NCBI GenBank assembly: GCA_025058225.1
Contig: JANXEE010000017.1
Span: 2,084 to 66,083, forward strand
Reading direction: 5' to 3'
DNA from: Candidatus Calditenuaceae archaeon
GTDB lineage: Archaea; Thermoproteota; Nitrososphaeria_A; Caldarchaeales; Calditenuaceae
Length of the DNA stretch: 64,000 bases
Part shown: positions 26,361 through 36,346 of the stretch, piece by piece
Layout of the letters: each line of letters begins with the position of its first letter
Numbering within the stretch: the first letter of the stretch is position 1
Notes under the pieces: generated by a model
What the model saw: the letters and a program-made list of their open reading frames with translations, nothing else
What the model was told of the DNA's origin: nothing
Database searches by the model: none
Program-made: the position numbers and the translations under genes

Positions 26361-27251
26361 TCAGGTGGAAAGATAAGCACCCAGCGCGAAGATCCGGACC
26401 GCGTCCCTCACATATGGGTTAACATCTGCTCGTCCTCCTAAGTCCTCGTCTATTATTCTCCAGGCTATTGAGATAGGGTCGTTCAGTTCCCGTTTCAGCC
26501 TTCTCACCCTGTCCATCCACCAGCTGACGGTTGCGGTCTCCTCGCTTAGAGCGTTCTCAGCCGGTAAACTGGGCCCGAAGTGCGGCCTCAGTAACAGTTT
26601 GGGATCGTGATCGAAGATCTTCCTGAGGCTCCGCACGTATTCCTCGTGATCGAAGCGTGGGGGGACCGTCGGAGGTATCTGTCTGACGAACAGGGGCGAT
26701 TTGTGCGTCACGGCATCTCCGGTGACCACGTACCTCAACGGGTCTATCACCACGGAGAGGTGATGGGGTGCGTGTCCTGGCGTGTAGATTATCCTCAGGT
26801 TCCTGCCACCGACACTCAGCTCGTCCCCATCGTCGACGATCTCGACCCTATGCTCCGGAGCAGGACTCATTCCACCCATTTTCGCGAAGTAGAAGTCACC
26901 GAAGAGGGCGCGCGCCGCCTCTACCAGCCTCCCTGGGTCGATCATGTACTTGTAGGCCTTCTCATGGACGAGGGCCCTCGCCTTCGGGTATCGCTCAAGG
27001 ATCTCGGGGAGGGCGCCGCAGTGGTCCAAGTGTGCGTGTGTGACTACGACCGTCTCCAAACCGTTCGGTTCCACACCGATCTCTCGGAGAGCCTTAATGA
27101 CGACGTGCGAGGAGCTCGAGTAACCGGTGTCGAAGAGCACCCACCCCTTCTCCGTCCTGGCCAGGTAGCTCGCTATGGTCCTCGGGTGAAATGGGCCCTT
27201 GGTGTCTATCAGGTAGACGCCCTTCCCTATGTACGACCAGTTTCTGCTCAA
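26361..27251 (-). CDS. MBL-fold metallo-hydrolase
   Basis: VVVTHAHLDHCGALP (HxHxDH) plus downstream His/Asp ligands. Start overlaps the panB stop by 4 nt. Confidence 0.8.
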   Translation of the reverse strand: MSRNWSYIGKGVYLIDTKGPFHPRTIASYLARTEKGWVLFDTGYSSSSHVVIKALREIGVEPNGLETVVVTHAHLDHCGALPEILERYPKARALVHEKAYKYMIDPGRLVEAARALFGDFYFAKMGGMSPAPEHRVEIVDDGDELSVGGRNLRIIYTPGHAPHHLSVVIDPLRYVVTGDAVTHKSPLFVRQIPPTVPPRFDHEEYVRSLRKIFDHDPKLLLRPHFGPSLPAENALSEETATVSWWMDRVRRLKRELNDPISIAWRIIDEDLGGRADVNPYVRDAVRIFALGAYLST

Positions 27252-28108
27252 CCATCAAACCTCCTGAGCAGCTCCTCCCTCTCTGCGACGTCCATGAACT
27301 GTGTGTGCTCCGGCCCGGGGAAGGAACCGGTTTTGACCTCCTCGACGTAACTCCTGACGGCGTGCAAGATGGCGGCGGCGACGTCAGCGTACCTCTTGGC
27401 GAACGGCGGCGACCTCTCGTAGAGCCCGATAACGTCGTGCAGCACAAGGACCTGTCCGTCGCACTTGGGTCCTGCACCGATTCCTATTACCGGTATCTCG
27501 AGGGTTGAGGAGAGGTATTCTGCGACATCAGCTACGGTGAACTCAAGCACCAAACTGAAGGCACCTGCCCTTGCCACCTCTAATGCGTCCCTTATAACCT
27601 CCTCCGCGTCCTCCACCCTCTTCCCCCTCAACCTGTAGCCCGTGCTGCTGACGAAGAACTGTGGCGTCATGCCCACGTGGCCCATAACGGGTATTCCTGC
27701 ATTCACGATGCTCTTGATGACCTCGCTGTATTGCCTTCCCCCTTCGAGCTTCACCGCGTCAACTCCTCCCTCCTTAACGAGCTTCCCCGCGTTCCTCACA
27801 GCCTCCTCCACGGAGACCTGATAGCTCATGAACGGCATGTCGCCTATCACTAAGGCCCTCCTGACCGCACGCGTCACGGCTCTACAGAAGGTCGCCATCT
27901 CCTCGATGCCTATGAATCGCGTGTCAGGGTAGCCGAGCACCACCATGGCCGCCGAGTCGCCGACCAATATCGCATCGACACCCGCCTCGTCAACGAGTCT
28001 GGCCGTCGGATAGTCGTAGGCCGTGATCATGGCGATCCTCTGGCCCTTGGACTTCATCCGGATCAGATGGCGCGCTGTGAGCCTCTCGGGTCGGTCCGTC
28101 AACCTCAA
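27248..28108 (-). CDS. panB: 3-methyl-2-oxobutanoate hydroxymethyltransferase (ketopantoate hydroxymethyltransferase)
   Basis: TAYDYPTARLVDEAGVDAILVGDSAAMVVLGY and the PanB fold throughout. 286 aa. Confidence 0.9.
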   Translation of the reverse strand: MRLTDRPERLTARHLIRMKSKGQRIAMITAYDYPTARLVDEAGVDAILVGDSAAMVVLGYPDTRFIGIEEMATFCRAVTRAVRRALVIGDMPFMSYQVSVEEAVRNAGKLVKEGGVDAVKLEGGRQYSEVIKSIVNAGIPVMGHVGMTPQFFVSSTGYRLRGKRVEDAEEVIRDALEVARAGAFSLVLEFTVADVAEYLSSTLEIPVIGIGAGPKCDGQVLVLHDVIGLYERSPPFAKRYADVAAAILHAVRSYVEEVKTGSFPGPEHTQFMDVAEREELLRRFDG

Positions 28109-28881
28109 TCACCCAGAGGCTCCTCATAGGCCGCAAGCAGTTCAAGCCTTTGTGCGATTATCGCGATCGATTCCCGCAAGTTCCTCTCGTTGTCGAAGCG
28201 ATCGAGTGTTTCCCTCAGCTCCTGGGGGGAGAGGGGTCTCAACTCCCTGACCACGCGGATCAGCTCTGGAAGGGCCCTCACTACGTTGTCGACGATCGTT
28301 ACGGTCGCTGCCCTAGACGTCCTCGATAGGGGGTTCAGGTCAACAGCGATGACCTTCTTGCCCATCCTCACCAGCTTCTCGGTCCGGTCGCCGTCCTCGA
28401 GGGGGACGAATACCACGTCAGCGGTGTAGATCCCCCTTCTGCTGACCAGCCGTCTGCTGCTCTCGAGACCGGGTATCTCTTCAGCGTCGTCCGTCGGAAG
28501 GAGGACTTCACCGGCTCCGTAGGACCTCAGCAGCTCACCTATCTTCTCAACCCTCTCCCTGCTCCAGTAGAACAAGTTGACCTCGAGCGGTGCGTTGAGC
28601 TCCCTCCCGAGCTCTGCCAGCTCCCTACCCACTAGCGCGGCGGTGTTGCCGTTCACCGAAATCACCGGTCTCTTTGAGAGCAGCATCAACGCCGCAGCTG
28701 CCCTCACGGCCTTCCTCGCGGGCTCATGAGTTGCCTCTCCGATGATGTAGTCGAGCGCCTCACCCCTACCATGGGCCATGAGGCCCTCCGGCACTACGAT
28801 TCCCTTCTTGAAGGCCTCGACGAGTCTCTCCCTTATTGTCAGCGAGACGTAACGTGGATGGCTCTTGGGTACGTTAACCAC
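28105..28881 (-). CDS. Archaeal 4-phosphopantoate--beta-alanine ligase (phosphopantothenate synthetase, COG1701)
   Basis: N-terminal VPKSHPRYVSL...GLMAHGRGEALDYIIGE...PVISVNGNTAAL matches the archaeal PPS family. Sits between the PoK and PanB genes. Confidence 0.7.
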   Translation of the reverse strand: MVNVPKSHPRYVSLTIRERLVEAFKKGIVVPEGLMAHGRGEALDYIIGEATHEPARKAVRAAAALMLLSKRPVISVNGNTAALVGRELAELGRELNAPLEVNLFYWSRERVEKIGELLRSYGAGEVLLPTDDAEEIPGLESSRRLVSRRGIYTADVVFVPLEDGDRTEKLVRMGKKVIAVDLNPLSRTSRAATVTIVDNVVRALPELIRVVRELRPLSPQELRETLDRFDNERNLRESIAIIAQRLELLAAYEEPLGD

Positions 28882-29720
28882 CTCCCATCACCCAGTTTAA
28901 GGGGGACTGCGTTCCCGAAGGCCCTTTGGAGGTGGGCCCTCACCTCCTCGAGGTGGCGCGGCTCCGTGACCACGAAGAGGACTCTCTTCTTCACCGAGTA
29001 GCCCAGCATTAGGTCCTCGATCGGCCTCAGGGCGGCCTCCACTTCGTCGCTGAGAAACCCGACGCCCCTGCTGAACTCCTTGGAACACTCGAGGAACCTC
29101 TCGAGGGTCGGGTCCGAGACGAACCTCCTGAAGGCAGTCATCCCGTGATCCCTTATCCTGTCGGCGAACCTTGAGAGCATCTCGCGGGTCGACATCTCAC
29201 CCAACATCGACGTCAGCACGACCACGTCGTCCCTGTTGTCAACGACCTCCGACTCACCGATGCCCGGAGCACCGGGCTTCGTCCTCAGGACCAGGCCTGC
29301 CCCAGCGTGGAGGGCCAACACGTCTCCCAGTCCGGTGACGTTCTGCACCTCGATCACGTGGGCCTTCCTGAAGGCCTCTGAGGGGTCGGACGCCGCGGCG
29401 ATGGAGTTGGTCAGTGAGCACGCGAGCGCTATCGAAGCGCTGAGGCCATACCCTGCTCCCAGCCTCAGCTCCGTCTCGATCAGGTAGTCCGTCCTCCGGT
29501 CCGTCACGTCCTCGAAGTCTGGACCCCGAAACGTAGCGCCGTTAATCAGTAGCCTACCTGCACCGTTCCGGGGCTCGCAGACTATCCCTGGCTCCAGAAC
29601 GACGCCCGCTCCGATAGATCCGGTCCTAAGGGGGTCCGGGCTCCACATGGGCACGAAGAAACCCGTTACGTGGGCAGGGACCCTTATCCTCCCTCCCAAT
29701 GATTGCACAATAGTTACCAT
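28839..29720 (-). CDS. Pantoate kinase (GHMP-kinase family, archaeal PoK)
   Basis: GHMP motif GAGYGLSASIALA. Operon context with PPS and PanB. The true start is probably the ATG at 29720, because the longer ORF begins with TTG inside the AT-rich promoter. Confidence 0.7.
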   Translation of the reverse strand: MVTIVQSLGGRIRVPAHVTGFFVPMWSPDPLRTGSIGAGVVLEPGIVCEPRNGAGRLLINGATFRGPDFEDVTDRRTDYLIETELRLGAGYGLSASIALACSLTNSIAAASDPSEAFRKAHVIEVQNVTGLGDVLALHAGAGLVLRTKPGAPGIGESEVVDNRDDVVVLTSMLGEMSTREMLSRFADRIRDHGMTAFRRFVSDPTLERFLECSKEFSRGVGFLSDEVEAALRPIEDLMLGYSVKKRVLFVVTEPRHLEEVRAHLQRAFGNAVPLKLGDGRWLTYPRAIHVTSR

Positions 29721-29832
29721 AGATGTTACGTTATTAAATTTCAATTAACATAAATTACGTAACTTACTTAGCGATTTGGGTGCGGCCTTCGGGGTGGCGA
29801 TCTCATATAAGAGGTGATTTGCCGGGGAACAG
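29721..29832. promoter_or_regulatory. AT-rich divergent promoter region between the CoA operon (minus) and the thiL-like gene (plus)
   Basis: gttattaaatttcaattaacataaattacgtaactt is sharply AT-rich and sits between divergent gene starts. Confidence 0.4.
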
Positions 29833-30801
29833 GTGAGGATGCGCCTGGGCGAAGTTGGCGAGAGGGGCCTTCTGAGGTACGTGATACCGAGGCTCAGGAG
29901 GGTTGGCGACTACCTCTGGGGGGGTGACGATGGTGTAGACTTCCTGAGCCGGGGAAGGCTCGTGCTGACGGGCGACATGCTCGTTGAGTGCACCGATGTA
30001 CCTCATGGGATGGGTTTCGGCGACGCCGGCTGGAAGGCTATAACCTCTTCGATCAGCGACCTGGCCGCGAAGGGCGCGAGTCCGCTACTCTGCTACGTCG
30101 AGCTGGGTCTCAGGCCCGATATGACCTTCGAGGAGTTCGTGGAGCTCTGGTCCGGATTGGAAGAGGCCTGCGGGGCCTACTCGGTCGCGCTGGTCGGTGG
30201 TGACACCAACGAGGCGAGGGAGCTGATCGTCGGGGTGACGGCGATCGGTTCTGCTGATCGACCGGTTCCCAGACGTGGAGCGGGTGAGGGCCAGCTGGTC
30301 GGTGTGACGGGGAAGTTCGGCCGCACGGCTGCGGGGCTTCACGCTGTCCAGCATGGAGTCGATGACCAACGGTGGAGGCCGCTCGTAAGCTCCTTCCTTA
30401 GGCCTGTAGCGCGGGTGAAGGAGGGGCTGGTGCTGTCGAGGTACGCGAGGTGCATGATCGACTCCAGCGATGGGTTGGCCGCAACCTTAGGGGAGCTCGT
30501 GGAGCTCAACGGCGTGGGGTTTTTGATCGATTCTCCTCCCACGGACCCGCTGGCCCTCGAGTACGCCGAGGCGTTCGGTCTGGACCCGTACCGTCTGGTC
30601 TTCGAGGGCGGCGAGGAGTACGAGCTGTTGTTCACGTTCGACCCACAAGACGAACGCGTGATCCGGGAAGAACTCGCCGATGTCGGTTGCGAACTGCACG
30701 TCGTAGGAAGCGTGACCGGTGACGGAAAGATCAGAGCGATCTGGAACGACAGGGAGGTGGAGGTGAGGGTGAGGGGGTGGGAGCACTTCGTCGGGCGCTG
30801 A
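29833..30801 (+). CDS. thiL: PurM-superfamily AIR-synthase-related protein, likely thiamine-monophosphate kinase ThiL
   Basis: GDD..D..HG and the VALVGGDTN motif characteristic of ThiL/PurM-like ATP-binding domains. 322 aa. Confidence 0.6.
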   Translation: MRMRLGEVGERGLLRYVIPRLRRVGDYLWGGDDGVDFLSRGRLVLTGDMLVECTDVPHGMGFGDAGWKAITSSISDLAAKGASPLLCYVELGLRPDMTFEEFVELWSGLEEACGAYSVALVGGDTNEARELIVGVTAIGSADRPVPRRGAGEGQLVGVTGKFGRTAAGLHAVQHGVDDQRWRPLVSSFLRPVARVKEGLVLSRYARCMIDSSDGLAATLGELVELNGVGFLIDSPPTDPLALEYAEAFGLDPYRLVFEGGEEYELLFTFDPQDERVIREELADVGCELHVVGSVTGDGKIRAIWNDREVEVRVRGWEHFVGR

Positions 30802-30900
30802 GCCGCATGACGTGACCTCGACGACCGATTCGCTGCACGCGTACCGTGGCCTTCACCGTCGTTTCACGATTATATACGGACCTGTCAAGACGTTGACGGA

Positions 30901-33786
30901 TTGAAGGGTTCGCCTATCGAGTACGAGAGGTATTGGGCGATGAGATACGAGCAGGACGGTGTCTTCAACGCCGATCCTGATCCCAGCAGGCCGAAGGTCT
31001 TCATTACCTTCCCCTACTCCTATCAGAGCGGGCCGCTGCACGTCGGGCACTGCTTCGCTTCCTCCAGGGCCGATGCTTACGCGCGTTACAAGAGGCTGAA
31101 GGGGTACAACGTCCTGTTCCCGTGGGCCTGGCACTGGACCGGTGAGGCCGTTGCCGGGATAAGTGACAGGCTCAAAAAGGGAGACCCTCTGCTGACACGC
31201 GTCCTGAAAGAGGTCGACGGCGTCCCCGAGGAGACGCTTGCGAAGTTCGTCGACCCGGTCGAGGTCTGCAGATACTACACCGAGGAGAACAGGAGGACCG
31301 TGAAGGCCCTCGGCCTCTCGCTGGACTGGCGGAGGGAGTTCCACACCACAGACCTCCACCCCTACTACAGCAGGTTCGTCGAGTGGCAGTACCTCACACT
31401 GAGGGAGCTCGGTCTGGTGAGGAGGGGTTCCCATCCGGTGGTCTGGTGTCCAGTCTGTCAGAGCCCCACTGGTGACCACGACCGGTTGACGGGTGAGGGG
31501 GTCTCGCCGACGGAGTTCACGTTGGTCTTCTTCGATGTCGGAGAGGCTTACCTCGCCGCCGCAACCCTGAGGCCCGAGACGATCTTCGGAGCCACCAATG
31601 TCTGGGTCAGGCCCGACGCGATGTACTCAGTCGTTGAGGCACTCGGTGTGAAGCTGATCGTCAGTGAGAGGGCGGTCGCCAAGCTCTCGGAGCAGGTAGA
31701 CGCTGTAAGGGAGCTGGGTCGTCTGATGGGGAGGGATCTGATCGGCAAGAGGGCGCTGGTCCCCATCACGGGTAAGGAGGTGATCGTGCTGCCCGCATCG
31801 TTCGTCGATCCCGATGTAGGCACGGGCGTGGTCTACAGCGTCCCCGCACATGCGCCCTATGATTACGCCGCACTGAAGGACCTGAAGAGGAGGCCGGAGA
31901 CCTTGAAAGAGTACGGTCTGGATCCGAAGGTGGTCGAAGAGATCGAGCCGATACAAATCGCTAGGACCGAGGGGATTGGTGCGATGCCGGCCGTCGAGAT
32001 GGTCGAGTCAGAGGGCATCACTGATCAGCGCGACCCGAGGCTCGAGGGCCTCACTGCCCGAGTCTACTCCGAGGAGTTCTACAAGGGCGTGATGCTGGAG
32101 AGCTGCGGCGACGTCGGTGGCATGCAGGTCAGCCAGGCTAGGGACTTCATCAAGTCAAAGTTGTTCGAACTGGGTAAAGGTTGGAGGTTCTACGATCTAA
32201 CGGAAAAGGTCGTCTGCAGGTCGGGTGACGAGTGCATCGTCAAGGTGGTCAAGGACCAGTGGTTCATCGCCTACTCGGAGGAAGAATGGAAGCAAAGGGT
32301 CAGGTCGCACGTCCGCGAGATGTACTTCTCCCCGGAGGGCGTCAGGCAGTGGGTGCTCAACGTGGTCGACTGGTTAAGAGACTGGCCCTGTGCTAGGAGG
32401 ACGGGATTGGGAACGAAGTTGCCGTTCGATCCCGACTGGATCGTTGAGACCCTCAGCGATTCCACGGTCTATCAGGCCCTCTACACCATAAGCCATTACA
32501 TTAACGGAGGCTCGGTCAAGCCTGACCAGCTAACTAAGGATGTACTGGACTATGTCTTCAGGGGCATCGGTGACCCTTCTGCCATCTCGAAATCGGTGGG
32601 GCTCGACCTTGAGACGCTGATTGCGATGAAGCGCGAGCACGACTACTGGTATCCGGTCGACCTGAGGGTGTCCGGGAAAGATCTGGTCCCTAACCACCTC
32701 ACCTTCTTCATCTATCAGCACGTCGCGCTCTTCGGTCCAGAGAAGTGGCCCAGAGGCATAGCGGTTAACGGCATGGTCCGCGTCGAAGGCCAAGAGATGC
32801 ACAAGAGCAAGGGGAACTTCATCCCGATCAAGGCCGCGATAGCGAGATACGGAGCCGACGCCACGCGTCTCACGCTGCTGCTCGCGGCAGAGGACATGGA
32901 TGACCCCGACTGGAGGGAGAAGAGCGCTGCCGACATCAGGAGGGTCCTCGACCAGTTGATAGGCATCGCTAAGGAAGTAGCAGGGGCCCAGCCCGAGTCC
33001 AACGAAACACGCGTCGACCGCTGGCTCCTCGCCAGATTGAGGGTTCACCTCAGGACGATCGAAGAGGCCATGGAGATGATGAAGACCAGAACGGCCGCAA
33101 ACTCAGCACTGTATCTCATGTTCAACGACTGGAGGCGCTACGTGAGGAGGCGCAGGGCAAAGCACGGACCTGCAGCGCGCGTCTTCCTCACGTCTTGGAC
33201 GAGGGCCATCTCGCCGTTCGCCCCGTTCACTTCTGAGGAGATGAACAGGGTCCTCGGGAATAACGGCTACGTCGCTGTGTCGCCTTGGCCCGTCGTTGAG
33301 GTCGAAAGAGGTGAGGAGTCGCTGGTTGAGGAGGAGCTCATCGATCAGTTGATCGAGGACGTCAGGAGCATCGCAAGGCTCGTGGGGACTAATGTGCATA
33401 CCGCAAGGGTGTTAGTGGCACCGGTCGCCTTCAGTCAAATCTACTCAAACGTCTTGAGAGAGCTGGCGTTCAAGGGAAAGGTTGACGTCGGGAGATATCT
33501 GGAGGACTTCGAGAGAATAGGACTGAAGGACAAGAGCGCAGCTGTAGGGCTGATAACCCGCTTCTCAACAAACGCCCAGCAGCTCTTGAACCGCTACGCC
33601 GTGGACGTCTTAACAATGGTGATGCTCAACGAGAGAACGCTCTACGCAGAGGAGGCCGATTACTTGTCCTCGGAGCTTGGTGTCGAGATCGAGGTTCTGG
33701 AAGCGGACTACCTTAACCCCGACAACAAGAGGAAGGTCTTCCAGGCTGTTCCGTTCCGTCCCGGACTAATTCTACAAAGCACGTAG
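30901..33786 (+). CDS. leuS: Leucyl-tRNA synthetase (archaeal type)
   Basis: HIGH-like HVGH and KMSKS-like EMHKSKGNF, the CP1 editing-domain layout, 961 aa. TTG start predicted. An ATG at 30942 is the alternative. Confidence 0.9.
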   Translation: MKGSPIEYERYWAMRYEQDGVFNADPDPSRPKVFITFPYSYQSGPLHVGHCFASSRADAYARYKRLKGYNVLFPWAWHWTGEAVAGISDRLKKGDPLLTRVLKEVDGVPEETLAKFVDPVEVCRYYTEENRRTVKALGLSLDWRREFHTTDLHPYYSRFVEWQYLTLRELGLVRRGSHPVVWCPVCQSPTGDHDRLTGEGVSPTEFTLVFFDVGEAYLAAATLRPETIFGATNVWVRPDAMYSVVEALGVKLIVSERAVAKLSEQVDAVRELGRLMGRDLIGKRALVPITGKEVIVLPASFVDPDVGTGVVYSVPAHAPYDYAALKDLKRRPETLKEYGLDPKVVEEIEPIQIARTEGIGAMPAVEMVESEGITDQRDPRLEGLTARVYSEEFYKGVMLESCGDVGGMQVSQARDFIKSKLFELGKGWRFYDLTEKVVCRSGDECIVKVVKDQWFIAYSEEEWKQRVRSHVREMYFSPEGVRQWVLNVVDWLRDWPCARRTGLGTKLPFDPDWIVETLSDSTVYQALYTISHYINGGSVKPDQLTKDVLDYVFRGIGDPSAISKSVGLDLETLIAMKREHDYWYPVDLRVSGKDLVPNHLTFFIYQHVALFGPEKWPRGIAVNGMVRVEGQEMHKSKGNFIPIKAAIARYGADATRLTLLLAAEDMDDPDWREKSAADIRRVLDQLIGIAKEVAGAQPESNETRVDRWLLARLRVHLRTIEEAMEMMKTRTAANSALYLMFNDWRRYVRRRRAKHGPAARVFLTSWTRAISPFAPFTSEEMNRVLGNNGYVAVSPWPVVEVERGEESLVEEELIDQLIEDVRSIARLVGTNVHTARVLVAPVAFSQIYSNVLRELAFKGKVDVGRYLEDFERIGLKDKSAAVGLITRFSTNAQQLLNRYAVDVLTMVMLNERTLYAEEADYLSSELGVEIEVLEADYLNPDNKRKVFQAVPFRPGLILQST

Positions 33787-34004
33787 CAATAAAAATCTCA
33801 TACGGGTTAATCTGGTAGCATGAGTAAATTGGTGAGATGTGCACATCAACGTACTCAGCGGTGGCTCAACTGTTCTGAACGCTGAAGGGCCTCTCACATG
33901 ACGCGATGCGAGAGCACGCATGATATGTGTGCAGGACGACTGATGCGTCGGTGAGTCCGGAGGGGGTTAAACTTATTGCCAACAGTTAAGCAGATAGACT
34001 TGAA

Positions 34005-35207
34005 ATGATACCCTATGACGCGATTACTGATTTTCAGGTCCTGACGTCAGAGGACCACGAGCTCTTCAGGAAGGTCGTAAGACAGTTCGTTGAACGGTAT
34101 CTGGAGCCTAGGGTCAAGGAGATAGAGGAGACCAACTCGATCCCGAGGGATCTCTTCAAGTTAGCTGCCGAGAACGGCTTCATGGGCCTCGGAATACCGG
34201 AGGAGTACGGCGGTCAGGGATCGGACTACCTCAACGTCGTGATCTACACAGAGGAGGTGAGCAGGGTGTGTCCGGCCTTCTCAACCGCGACGCTCGCGAG
34301 GGGTCTCTTCACGACGCCTGTCCTCTTCTTCGGAACCGAGCAGCAGAAGAGGAACTACATACCCCCGTTGGCGAGGGGTCAGAAGTTTGCAGCCCATGCG
34401 ACGACCGAGCCCGGTGCGGGAAGCGACGTCGCCGGTGTGAAGACGAGAGCTGTTAGGAAGGATGGCGGCTGGGTCATCAACGGTCAGAAGTACTTCATAA
34501 CCGGAGCGGACAAGGCCGATTACTTCGTCGTGTTGGCGAGGACCAGCGACCCTCCGAGTAGGCACGAGAGGTGGAGAGGGTTAACGATGTTCATCGTCGA
34601 GCGCGATAATCCAGGGCTTCGGGTCGGTGAGAGGATACAGGTGACCGGGCTGAAGGGCTCCATGCCATCGGAGGTGATACTGAATGACTGCTGGGTCTCA
34701 GACGACGCAGTCCTCGGTGAGCTCGGAGAGGGTTTCAAGGTAGCCATGACAACGTACGACTACGGAAGGGTCGGTATTGCAGCCCAGGCGGTCGGCGTGC
34801 TTCAAGGCGTCTTCGAGAAGAGCCTCAACTACGCAGCCCAGAGGGTAGCCTTTGAGAGGCCGATACTCGCCTTCCAGGCGATTCAGTTCTACCTCGCCGA
34901 GATGCTGAGAGACCTCGAAGCGGCCAGGCTCCTCACCTATTGGGCAGCTCATCTTCTGAACAAGGGCCTCGACGAGCGGTCGATAATCGCGGCCTCGCTG
35001 GCCAAGCTCTTCGCGACCGAGGCCGCTGAGAGGGCCTCGCTCAGGGCCATCGAGATACACGGCGGCATGGGGGTCGCGATCGACGGCATGGTCGAGAGGT
35101 TCCTCAGGGACACGCAGATCATGAAGATCTATGAGGGGACGTCGGAGATACAGAGGCTTGTGGTCATCAGGCACCTCGTGAGGAAGGTCCTAGGGTTCGA
35201 GGTCTGA
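34005..35207 (+). CDS. Acyl-CoA dehydrogenase
   Basis: ACAD N-terminal, middle and C-terminal domain signatures (GxGSDVAG-like AGSDVAGVKT, YEGTSEIQR). Confidence 0.9.
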   Translation: MIPYDAITDFQVLTSEDHELFRKVVRQFVERYLEPRVKEIEETNSIPRDLFKLAAENGFMGLGIPEEYGGQGSDYLNVVIYTEEVSRVCPAFSTATLARGLFTTPVLFFGTEQQKRNYIPPLARGQKFAAHATTEPGAGSDVAGVKTRAVRKDGGWVINGQKYFITGADKADYFVVLARTSDPPSRHERWRGLTMFIVERDNPGLRVGERIQVTGLKGSMPSEVILNDCWVSDDAVLGELGEGFKVAMTTYDYGRVGIAAQAVGVLQGVFEKSLNYAAQRVAFERPILAFQAIQFYLAEMLRDLEAARLLTYWAAHLLNKGLDERSIIAASLAKLFATEAAERASLRAIEIHGGMGVAIDGMVERFLRDTQIMKIYEGTSEIQRLVVIRHLVRKVLGFEV

Positions 35208-35274
35208 TCCACCGGAACCGCCTGCCCAGACTAAGCTTATTTTATAAAGCCGGACGGTTGATGAAGGATAGCCG

Positions 35275-35919
35275 ATGGCCTCGCTGGCGAGGGTTACGGG
35301 ATCGGTCGTTGCCGCCGCGATAGCGCTCTCACTCCCCGTGCTGTTGAGCGGCCCCCTTCAGTTAGGTGAGGTCCTTCCGCCTTTTTACGGGCTCTTCGCG
35401 CTTGCCGTGATCGTGGTCGTTCCCGCGGTTCTGGTGAGGTCGTTCATGGGATCCGCGGGCAGCGCTGTGCTGGGCGTCGTCGTGGCGCTGCTCTACGTCC
35501 TCCCGACGGCGAACCCGGCCTTCTACGTCAGACTTTGGGAACCTCTCTCAGGGTTTCTAGCAGCGGTCGTCCCGGAGCCCATACTGGGGGTGCTGCTTCT
35601 GGTAACCGTCGCATGCGCTGCCTCGGGGGTCGTCGGACACGTCGTCCGACCCAAGGTCGCCCCTCCTACGGCCGGGCTTGAGGTGTCAGCAGAGGCTCCT
35701 CCGCCATTGGAGGAGACCGGGGCGCAGGTAACGGCACCGGGGCCCGAGCAGGTGGAGCGATCAGAGGGGGCTGAGGGGGCTCCGGTCGAGGCGAAAACTG
35801 AGGTCGGAATGGGGGCGGCCCCGGAGGCCGCTGAGGAGGCGACGATGAAGTGCCCCGATTGCGGGTCGGAGATTCCTACCGGTGTGAAGTTCTGCCCCTA
35901 CTGTGGCAGGGAGTTCTGA
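35275..35919 (+). CDS. Membrane protein with C-terminal cytoplasmic zinc ribbon
   Basis: Four hydrophobic helices followed by an acidic linker and MKCPDCGSEIPTGVKFCPYCGREF. Confidence 0.45.
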   Translation: MASLARVTGSVVAAAIALSLPVLLSGPLQLGEVLPPFYGLFALAVIVVVPAVLVRSFMGSAGSAVLGVVVALLYVLPTANPAFYVRLWEPLSGFLAAVVPEPILGVLLLVTVACAASGVVGHVVRPKVAPPTAGLEVSAEAPPPLEETGAQVTAPGPEQVERSEGAEGAPVEAKTEVGMGAAPEAAEEATMKCPDCGSEIPTGVKFCPYCGREF

Positions 35920-35945
35920 GGACGTCGCTCAGGTCACTCCAGGGC

Positions 35946-36245
35946 CTACCGCGTTTTCCGCGACTCATCCTTGTTCTCCTGACCCTTCGCGGCCTCACCG
36001 CTCAGGGTCTCAAGCTCCGGAATCGGTTCGGGCGGCGGGGTCGTGACCAGCGTGTACCCGATCCAGGCCAGTATCGAGAGCACCCCCACTACGGCCAAGA
36101 AAGCCGTGAGCTGGAGCACCAGCATCGCCCACGGGCTCAGCAACACCAACCATCCGTACAGCAGTATACCGGCGATGGACGCGATGAGGATCAGGTACCC
36201 CAGACCCTTATCACTCATCATCTGTCCTTCGCTCTTGCCGCGCAT
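35946..36245 (-). CDS. Small 2-TM membrane protein, hypothetical
   Basis: 99-aa ORF with two TM helices and a charged tail. Confidence 0.3.
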   Translation of the reverse strand: MRGKSEGQMMSDKGLGYLILIASIAGILLYGWLVLLSPWAMLVLQLTAFLAVVGVLSILAWIGYTLVTTPPPEPIPELETLSGEAAKGQENKDESRKTR

Positions 36246-36346
36246 TTAAGTATTGCTATTTGAAACTGGTTGATACAGGGCAACCCGTTCTTCAGGGGTG
36301 GCACGGTGATCGATTTTAGATACGCCGCCGTGCTCTTTAGACCTAG

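Noticed and set aside
26607-27350. 247-aa plus-strand ORF opposite the MBL hydrolase
   Set aside because: Antisense to an ORF carrying an intact HxHxDH metal site.
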